From: Waddliaceae bacterium
GTDB lineage: Bacteria > Chlamydiota > Chlamydiia > Chlamydiales > SLFE01
Assembly: GCA_963783885.1 (NCBI GenBank)
Contig: CAWAPJ010000033.1
Coordinates: 1-11,964, forward strand
Reading direction: 5' to 3'
Length of the DNA: 11,964 nt
The notes under the pieces were generated by a model, which saw nothing but the letters and a program-made list of their open reading frames with translations, was not told the origin of the DNA and ran no database searches. A program made the translations under genes and the position numbers. This document shows, piece after piece, positions 1-5,860 of this stretch. Within the stretch, counting starts at the first letter, position 1. Every line of letters begins with the position of its first letter.

Positions 1-128
1 AACAAGGCCCGAATAAACGCCCGAGATTCCTGCTATCTGGTAGTTGAAAAAAAAAGAAGCACAAGAGCCCCCAGGCCGATAAGTATGCCTCCAACAGCTC
101 CCGATATAGGCGTAAAGTTTTCCATCAT
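1..128 (-). pseudogene. 5' end of a YeeE/YedE-family (sulfur-compound transport) membrane protein gene, frameshifted in an A9 tract; runs off the window's left edge
   Basis: Not in the ORF track. Hand translation from ATG 128/125 gives MMENFTPISGAVGGILIGLGALVLLFF then STTR* (TAG 35-33). A second frame from 45 reads NYQIAGISGVYSGLV, matching the YeeE/YedE N-terminal pattern FTP..GG.LIGL....L..NGRIAGISG. Confidence 0.8.
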
Positions 129-278
129 CTATAATCTACCATAAAAGACATTTTTGCTTGCAATAGAACCGGTTCAACAGCAACTTGGGTATACCGATGA
201 AATGAGGACTATATTTACGGATTTGATTAATATGTCCTGATTCGGTTTAATAGCGCAAACACTAACCAGGGAGCGATT

Positions 279-1124
279 ATGCAGCCTGTGGCTTTTGGTT
301 GTTTCAAATTGACCGGTCCCAGCGCCCTAGCCGATGCGATAAAAAACGGTTACTCCATTCTCGATTTTGCATCAGCTTACAAGACCCATGAAGCATTTCC
401 GGAAGCGTTGGAAAAAACAACGGGCACCTTCAAGGGAGAGATTCACTCGAAAATCACTTTAGGGGAGATCAGGGACAAGGGGTGCGAAGAGGTAGTCGCC
501 TCTGTTCTTAGAGAGCTGCAAGTGGATGTTCTTGATGTCCTCTACCTGCACGCTCCGGACGCGATCTCTAAAGAAACCCTAAATCATCTGCAGGGATTAA
601 AAAAAGAGGGGAAGATCAGAAATGTCGGACTTTCCAATGTGGATTTATCTCAGCTGCAGGGGCTGGAGAAAAAGGGATATCTTCCCGATTATGTTCAGGT
701 CGAGATCAGCCCCAGGTGCTATGACGAACAATTGATTCAATACTGCCGGAGTAAACAAATAACTCTCGTGGGATACCGCCCCTTAGGAAAAGGCTGTCAT
801 TTACATCTTTCCGAACTCATTGATATCGCCCATGAACTCACATTCAAGCAAAAACGTGTTGTCACAACAGCGCAGGTCATCCATCGCTGGTGCCTTCAAA
901 AAGGAATCATCCCCCTGACAAAATCAAACAGCTCTCTTCACCAAAAAGAAAACAGAAACATCTATGACTTTGCGCTCTCTTCAGGTCAAATGGAGACTCT
1001 CAACAGCCTACAGGAAAAATATGGCCCAGAAAAAACTTGTAATTGGGCACAATTTGTCAAGCCGGAGGACCTGCAGGCGGCAAATACTTGGATGGGTATT
1101 GATGAAAAGACAAATTTCATTTGA
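279..1124 (+). CDS. Aldo/keto reductase family oxidoreductase
   Basis: 281 aa with AKR motifs: DFASAY (catalytic Asp/Tyr), SK, LDVLYLHAP, GKIRNVGLSN, QVEISP, YRPLG, AQVIHRW..QKG. GGAG RBS upstream of the ATG. Confidence 0.93.
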   Translation: MQPVAFGCFKLTGPSALADAIKNGYSILDFASAYKTHEAFPEALEKTTGTFKGEIHSKITLGEIRDKGCEEVVASVLRELQVDVLDVLYLHAPDAISKETLNHLQGLKKEGKIRNVGLSNVDLSQLQGLEKKGYLPDYVQVEISPRCYDEQLIQYCRSKQITLVGYRPLGKGCHLHLSELIDIAHELTFKQKRVVTTAQVIHRWCLQKGIIPLTKSNSSLHQKENRNIYDFALSSGQMETLNSLQEKYGPEKTCNWAQFVKPEDLQAANTWMGIDEKTNFI

Positions 1125-1926
1125 TTCGGAAGGACTCAAGCTGGTCGGCGATTTTTATTTCGTCGATAAAGAGGTCCCTACCCTTATACTCCTTCATGGC
1201 ATGAGCTTTTATTCTTTCGAGTATGAAAAGTTGGCGCCGCTTCTTTCCAAGCAGAACTTCAATGTTTTGGCTTTTGATTTTCGATGCCACGGGAACAGTG
1301 AAGGAAAAAGAGGGGATTGGAGATTAAAAGGGCTTGCCAAAGATGTCGCCTGCGCCCTCAATTTCCTTGAAGGACAAGTCAACGGTCCGATAGGCGTGTT
1401 CGGCAACAGCTTAGGGGCTGTTGTCGCCGTCTATGCAGCGGCCCGGGATTCGAGAATCCGATCTTTGGCCTGCTGCAATACAGCGACGAGTCCATCGAAG
1501 GCTTTGTATACACCATTTCGCAAAGTCCTTTTGTTTTTGATGAAAATCGTTTCAAAAGCTGTTCCCTTTACCCTAAATGTCAGTTATTTTATTCCCACTT
1601 CACTTGTTTTATCCGATAAAAGCCTTATCGAGCGTATCGACAATGACCAAAAGGTATTTGAGGCAAGAAGATTTACCGCCGACACCTATTCGGAAATGGT
1701 CCTTTGGGACGCGTCGGAAGAAATAAAAAAAACCGACATCCCTATTTTGGTCATACGCGGAACCAAAGACAGGCTTCAGCCTGCATCGCAGTCGGAGATG
1801 CTTTTTGCTGCGGCCGGAGGGCACAAGCAGCTCAGATTAATGGATGCCGGGCATGCGCCCACTTTGGAAAATGCCGAAGAGCTCTCTCAAATACTTAGCG
1901 AATGGTTTAAACACTTGTCTCAATAA
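1102..1926 (+). CDS. Alpha/beta-fold hydrolase (lysophospholipase/serine aminopeptidase S33-like)
   Basis: LLHG oxyanion motif, FDFRCHGNS, nucleophile elbow GNSLG, C-terminal GTKD and AGH. Start moved from 964 to ATG 1102 (MKRQISFDSEG), which overlaps the AKR end by 23 bp. Confidence 0.9.
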   Translation: MKRQISFDSEGLKLVGDFYFVDKEVPTLILLHGMSFYSFEYEKLAPLLSKQNFNVLAFDFRCHGNSEGKRGDWRLKGLAKDVACALNFLEGQVNGPIGVFGNSLGAVVAVYAAARDSRIRSLACCNTATSPSKALYTPFRKVLLFLMKIVSKAVPFTLNVSYFIPTSLVLSDKSLIERIDNDQKVFEARRFTADTYSEMVLWDASEEIKKTDIPILVIRGTKDRLQPASQSEMLFAAAGGHKQLRLMDAGHAPTLENAEELSQILSEWFKHLSQ

Positions 1927-1952
1927 ATCCGATCGGGATATTCTGCTTCTAT

Positions 1953-2813
1953 ATGACGGCAAGGGTTTGGATTTTTTGTGCGCTGTTGATTTCTGCGGCC
2001 ATATTGTCTGCCGGTTCGGATGATGAGCCTCCAGAAATCGGGAATTTTTCTCTCCCCGCTTCCCAGCAGGTGGGTCCCTTTTACAGCTTTGGAGATTTGA
2101 TTATTGATAAAGGACAGGTTCAGTTTCTCTTTTATGTGCAGGATTTAAGAGGGAAAAACAGTTCGTACATCGATATATACCCGACACTTATCTACGGCGC
2201 TACTGATAACACCACCCTATCGTTTGCAGTTCCTGTTGCTTCTTACAAAGAGGAGAATTCTGCCTCATCGGGTTTTGAAGATCTCTATTTTCAGGTTGAG
2301 TATGCCTTTTATACGGCGAGCACAAAGACTTATGCTGATCAGGCCACAGTGGTCGCTTCTGTTTCTGTTCCTACAGGGTCTGCAGACGAAGATCCCATGA
2401 CAGGCTTCGGAAATCCGGGATATTTTTTGGGAATGACATTGAATCGAATGACAGTCGATTGGTTTGCATTTATGAATTACGGGGCCTTGTTCAATCCCAC
2501 ATTTAAATCTTTAGATATAGGGGATCAATATTATTACCAGTATGGACTTTCACGGGTGATCTCGACCTGGAAGGGGTGGCTTTTTGCCTGGCTTTTGGAG
2601 TTGGATGGGACTTACACCAAACAAAATCGTATCAACGGCGTTTTGGATCCCGATTCGGGAGGAAATGAGGTTTTGTTAATTCCCTCCCTTTGGATATCCT
2701 CTGAAAAGATTATCATACAATTCGGAGCGGGATATCCCATTTATCAGAATTTGAATGGCAATCAGCCGACCAGCCGATATCTTATTGCCGCAGATTTCTT
2801 ATGGACTTTTTAA
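1953..2813 (+). CDS. Exported protein, probable outer-membrane beta-barrel ('transporter'/MetA-pathway-like family)
   Basis: N-terminal signal peptide, aromatic-rich alternating beta-strand pattern, motifs SGFEDLYFQVEY, SVPTGS and DPDSGGNEVLLIPSL, and a C-terminal Phe (ADFLWTF). Confidence 0.7.
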   Translation: MTARVWIFCALLISAAILSAGSDDEPPEIGNFSLPASQQVGPFYSFGDLIIDKGQVQFLFYVQDLRGKNSSYIDIYPTLIYGATDNTTLSFAVPVASYKEENSASSGFEDLYFQVEYAFYTASTKTYADQATVVASVSVPTGSADEDPMTGFGNPGYFLGMTLNRMTVDWFAFMNYGALFNPTFKSLDIGDQYYYQYGLSRVISTWKGWLFAWLLELDGTYTKQNRINGVLDPDSGGNEVLLIPSLWISSEKIIIQFGAGYPIYQNLNGNQPTSRYLIAADFLWTF

Positions 2814-3360
2814 AATTTCCTTCGCCCATCATCTTGTATGCGACATTGCGGCTGTCGACATTGGTTTTTAAAAGAGACCCTTCATAAGGCTGCTCGTAGG
2901 TTTCAAAAAAAGTTCTCGGTTCTTCTTTTTTAAATCCTTGCCGGGTTGAATGGCAGAGCAGGCCGCTTGCCGCCAAGGCCACATGTCCTACTAGTTTTTC
3001 GCATTGTCTATTTTTGGCGAAGATAAGGTCCCCATCGCGGAGGCTGCGCGGGGTAACATAAAGAAGCTTCCATCGATGAATTTTCAACAGCATCCTTGGC
3101 ATGTCGCCGATATAGTAGACAGGAAGTTTTGCATGGGCGGCCTGCTGGATGATATAGGCGACTGCCGTTAAGCAGTCTGTCGTATGAGGCGCCTCTTCAA
3201 GAGTTGTCTTCTTTTTGTACTTGGATAAGTTGAGTTCTTTAAGGGATTGACAAAGTTTTTCCCTGTCAAACACAAGAGATTCGTTGCGAATAACAAATAT
3301 ATTGAATTCAGCTCCTAAAATTCTAGCAAAAGAGTAAAGACTTTTTGGTTTTTTTGGCAA
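2782..3360 (-). CDS. NlpC/P60-like (papain-fold) cysteine hydrolase; start codon uncertain
   Basis: DC63LTAVAY, GDLIF, GH126VAL and H137S match the NlpC/P60 Cys-His-His layout. The only in-frame start near the 5' end is TTG 3360. The 3' end overlaps the convergent gene by 32 bp. Confidence 0.7.
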   Translation of the reverse strand: MPKKPKSLYSFARILGAEFNIFVIRNESLVFDREKLCQSLKELNLSKYKKKTTLEEAPHTTDCLTAVAYIIQQAAHAKLPVYYIGDMPRMLLKIHRWKLLYVTPRSLRDGDLIFAKNRQCEKLVGHVALAASGLLCHSTRQGFKKEEPRTFFETYEQPYEGSLLKTNVDSRNVAYKMMGEGNFKKSIRNLRQ

Positions 3361-3409
3361 GTTTTCATAAATAGTTGCTTTCTTTGAGTTAATTTTTTAC
3401 GTTGAGATT

Positions 3410-3682
3410 ATGAGAGTCCATAGACTAATTTTTTTGCTGCTCACAACTGTTTTTCTAAACTTAGAAGCTTGTTCCAGGGTTTTCTGGGACAATGCAGCAA
3501 GCAAAGTGGCCACTCGTACAATGGATCTTTATACCAATGAAGATCCTCAGTTTACTCTCTCTCCCCGAGGAATTCCTAAAACCGGAGGAGACCTTCAAAA
3601 TCCTGCAAAGTGGACCTCGAAATGGGGAAGTGTCGTGGTCACGGCTTTTAAAAAACCTGTCTCTGGAAATAACAGATTATAA
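3410..3682 (+). pseudogene. Truncated linear amide C-N hydrolase (choloylglycine hydrolase / penicillin V acylase, Ntn fold)
   Basis: Signal peptide ending LEA, then the nucleophile Cys in CSRVFW, RTMD, PRG and WTSKWGSVV. It stops at 90 aa, before the conserved (D/E)GMNEKGL motif; full-length members are over 300 aa. Confidence 0.82.
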
Positions 3683-3688
3683 TCGCTG

Positions 3689-3916
3689 CTAACGCACAAT
3701 AGGGCCTCTGATTTCCGGATTTAATATCTCAGGGTTCCTAATTACAGGGTCTCTTATTACCGGCCCTCTAATTTCAGGATCTCTAATGATAGGATCTCTC
3801 ACCACAGGGCCTCTTGGGAAGGCTCTTATGGCGACATCCGAATTTTGAGCTATGGCATTATCCGGAATTAAGAAAAATGCTGAGAAAATAATGGAAATAA
3901 TAACTAATTTACTCAT
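3689..3916 (-). CDS. Small secreted protein with 8 tandem R-[GDN]-P-x-[IV] pentapeptide repeats
   Basis: GAGG RBS upstream of the ATG, signal peptide ending AIA, then RGPVV RDPII RDPEI RGPVI RDPVI RNPEI LNPEI RGPIV R*. Many differences between DNA units are synonymous. Confidence 0.8.
   Translation of the reverse strand: MSKLVIISIIFSAFFLIPDNAIAQNSDVAIRAFPRGPVVRDPIIRDPEIRGPVIRDPVIRNPEILNPEIRGPIVR
3692..3814 (-). repeat. Degenerate 15-bp tandem repeat, 8 copies (coding)
   Basis: Units such as AGAGGCCCTGTGGTG, AGAGATCCTATCATT, AGAGATCCTGAAATT and AGAGACCCTGTAATT on the minus strand. Confidence 0.9.
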
Positions 3917-4072
3917 GATATTTTCCTCTAATAATAACCTATTACTATAATATTAATTATAATATTTTTTATTTTAAAAACAAATAACAAATTGTTTTTT
4001 GTGTTTGCAGGATAATTCTTAGTTGTTGAATATCAGTCACATACAGTTAAAAGAGCCTATTGTTTCCAGATA

Positions 4073-4081
4073 GTAACAAAA
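4073..4081. repeat. Target site duplication, left copy (GTAACAAAA)
   Basis: Identical to 4690-4698 and abuts the left IR. A 9-bp duplication is typical of IS903-group elements. Confidence 0.92.
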
Positions 4082-4140
4082 GGCTTGGTTGCACAATTCA
4101 CCACAGAGCCCACAAGAGCGCACAGAGAGAATATGAGAGA
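4082..4140 (+). repeat. Extended left inverted end: 18-bp IR plus three CACAGAG-type repeats
   Basis: CACAGAG 4102-4108, CACAAGAG 4111-4118, CACAGAG 4121-4127. Hand alignment to the revcomp of 4632-4689 gives 46/59 identities. Confidence 0.85.
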
Positions 4141-4146
4141 TTTGCT

Positions 4147-4484
4147 TTAAGCTGCTATTAATTCACTTTCAGGCATTCCCAGCCTTGTCATTATGTTTAG
4201 TGCTTCGCATTTTTCCCTTGATTCAGCCCTTTGAGTTTCCAGGGTTCTGCTTCTTAAATGATTTCACTAGAGTCAGGACAAACTGCTAAGTGGAGTTTTC
4301 TCCATGTTCGCCTTTTACTATAACCATGCTGCCTAACCTTCCACTCACCTTCTCCATATACTTTCAAACCGGTTGAATCGATTACAATATCGGTTACATT
4401 TTTTCCAGAAACCTTTTTCAATTCTTGTCCAAGCAATCTTGCTCTTCGACAAATTTGGGTATAAGAAGGGATGGGTAAACCCAC
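4147..4484 (-). pseudogene. IS5/IS903-group DDE transposase remnant (two fused fragments)
   Basis: 4484-4257 reads GLPIPSYTQICRRA...IDSTGLKVYGEGEWKVRQHG.SKRRTWRKLHLAV (first catalytic Asp region). 4257-4147, in another frame, reads LRSRTLETQRAESREKCEALNIMTRLGMPESELIAA* (typical C-terminus). The N-terminus and the rest of the catalytic core are absent. Confidence 0.93.
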
Positions 4485-4486
4485 AG

Positions 4487-4627
4487 ATAAAATCTGTGGC
4501 TAATCTCTTGCCTGTGCATGAAGCCCAACTTCTATCATATCTTAAGCATAATGGTGGTGGCAGGGGTTTGCTTATCAATTACAATGTAAAACTTCTTAAA
4601 AATGGGATTAGGCGACTAATCATTTAA
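4487..4627 (+). pseudogene. C-terminal fragment of a GxxExxY (PD-(D/E)xK nuclease-like) protein
   Basis: IKSVANLLPVHEAQLLSYLKHNGGGRGLLINYNVKLLKNGIRRLII* matches the family C-terminal pattern E-[LI]-K-[SA]-V...P-[IV]-H-E-A-Q-L-L-[TS]-Y-L-K...G-L-L-I-N-F-N...G-I-x-R. Confidence 0.88.
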
Positions 4628-4631
4628 TTCC

Positions 4632-4689
4632 TCTCCCATAATCTCTCAGTGAGCTCGGTGATCTCAGTGGTGATTTATGCAACAACGCC
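4632..4689 (-). repeat. Extended right inverted end: three CACnGAG repeats plus 18-bp IR
   Basis: CTCAGTG 4645-4651, CTCGGTG 4654-4660 and CTCAGTG 4663-4669 (9-bp period), followed by the IR at 4672-4689. Confidence 0.85.
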
Positions 4690-4698
4690 GTAACAAAA
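4690..4698. repeat. Target site duplication, right copy (GTAACAAAA)
   Basis: Identical to 4073-4081 and abuts the right IR. Confidence 0.92.
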
Positions 4699-4748
4699 TC
4701 AAGATGAAGGACTTTAGAAGATGCTGAATATAAAGAATACAAACTAAA

Positions 4749-5798
4749 TTAAACGCCTGAAAAGCTTTCGGGTTTAGGGAAGCGGGTCTGTTCTTTTCGA
4801 AAGCGCTCATAATGCAGAGTTTCTGTCAGGGCAAGGAAAATCCCAATCAGGATAATGACTCCCCCTATGATTTGCGCTTTTTCGGGTATCTCTTGCAAAA
4901 TCAGGTAGGCAAAAATGACTCCCGCGATTGGAGTGAACGCATTAGTGATAGCCAGGTCGGCTGATTTCGTTATTTTAATGGCTTTATGCCAGCAGTAGAT
5001 ACCTCCGGCTATGATTATCCCGCCATAGAGCAGCATCCATTCCCATAGGACAGGCGCGAAGATATCGATAAAATGAACCCATCCAAGCATGATCAGGACA
5101 ATGACAAAAAAGATGCACGCACCCACAATCATGCGAAAGACGCTATAGATTCCCTCGGGCACATCCTTGAGATGCTCCCGGCTAAGCTCTACGGCAAGCA
5201 CGGTAAAGAGAACGCCCAGCGCCACGCATATCTCGCCGCTTAATGGGAGTGTGACGAGAAAATGAGAGACAGGGTTATTGCCGATGTTGATCATCGTCAT
5301 TTTCATCGGCATTGGCATCGCCTCGGGTTGATGGAGGAAAAAGGTAATGGCCACCCCTAACACACCCAGGCTTGCGCCTAAGATAGTCCCTTTAGCCGGA
5401 CGTTCTTTGAGCAGGAAAAAGCCAAGAAGAAGCGTGAGGGGAATATCCAAAGTGGAGATAAGCACCACATTAATAACTTCGGTCAGCATCAATCCCAGAA
5501 AAAAAAACGTTGGTCCCAAGACTCCCGAGAAAAAAGCCAGCAGCGTCATCATCAGCCACTCGGAGGTACGAACTTTCTTTACTGTCGCTTTATTCCAGAT
5601 TTTCCAATTAACGGCCAGCAAGGTAAAGCCTGCGATCAGGTTTCCGGTGAAGAGCACATTGCAAAAGGAAATGGGATTGCGTCCATCGATAAGGTTATGA
5701 GCGCCGATATCGCCAAGTTTAGCGATCACCGAATTGGCAGCGGCAAATACTAGCATGGAAATCCACAGAAAAGCGACTCCTTTTATACGCAGGTTCAT
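4749..5798 (-). CDS. DMT/EamA-family transporter
   Basis: 349 aa with about 10 hydrophobic segments in two EamA halves (LLKERP..G; PIAGVIFAYLILQEIP..AQIIGG). N-terminal GRNPISFCNVLF.GN motif. Confidence 0.9.
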   Translation of the reverse strand: MNLRIKGVAFLWISMLVFAAANSVIAKLGDIGAHNLIDGRNPISFCNVLFTGNLIAGFTLLAVNWKIWNKATVKKVRTSEWLMMTLLAFFSGVLGPTFFFLGLMLTEVINVVLISTLDIPLTLLLGFFLLKERPAKGTILGASLGVLGVAITFFLHQPEAMPMPMKMTMINIGNNPVSHFLVTLPLSGEICVALGVLFTVLAVELSREHLKDVPEGIYSVFRMIVGACIFFVIVLIMLGWVHFIDIFAPVLWEWMLLYGGIIIAGGIYCWHKAIKITKSADLAITNAFTPIAGVIFAYLILQEIPEKAQIIGGVIILIGIFLALTETLHYERFRKEQTRFPKPESFSGV

Positions 5799-5860
5799 AC
5801 CGGTACTTTAGATAAAAGCCCTATAATCATCAAGCGTAAAGGGTTCTAGTTGATTCTGGC

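Larger units (their letters stand above)
4082..4689 (-). mobile_element. Internally deleted IS5-family (IS903 group) element, 608 bp, carrying a GxxExxY gene fragment
   Basis: 18-bp terminal IRs GGCTTGGTTGCACAATTC (4082-4099) and revcomp GGCGTTGTTGCATAAATC (4672-4689), 14/18 identical and IS903-like. Perfect 9-bp flanking duplication GTAACAAAA at 4073-4081 and 4690-4698. Two transposase fragments lie inside. Confidence 0.93.

Noticed and set aside
964-1101. N-terminal extension of the hydrolase ORF in the track
   Set aside because: It overlaps the AKR gene by 161 bp and does not look like hydrolase sequence; ATG 1102 is the plausible start.
1209-1898. Short ORFs 1209-1406, 1609-1824 and 1704-1898 (likewise 3492-3692, 5347-5700, 6710-6937, 10129-10311, 10194-10442, 11497-11685)
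   Set aside because: They are nested in or almost wholly overlap better-supported genes and show no motifs.
3692-3814. 15-bp repeats as a CRISPR array
   Set aside because: No unique spacers, degenerate in-frame coding units, and no cas genes.
4373-4486. First 38 codons of the 84-aa plus-strand ORF
   Set aside because: They are antisense to the transposase fragment; only residues from 4487 are GxxExxY-like.
4481-4499. Hairpin as a REP or IS200/IS605 end
   Set aside because: Single copy, no associated HUH transposase, and both arms are explained by coding fragments.
4345-4578. 77-aa minus-strand ORF inside the IS
   Set aside because: It is an alternative frame across the deletion junction, antisense to the GxxExxY fragment, with no motifs.
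4579-4636. Apparent RBS plus ATG (GGAGAGG...ATG 4623, minus) as the transposase start
   Set aside because: It yields only MISRLIPFLRSFTL*, which is the antisense of the GxxExxY C-terminus.
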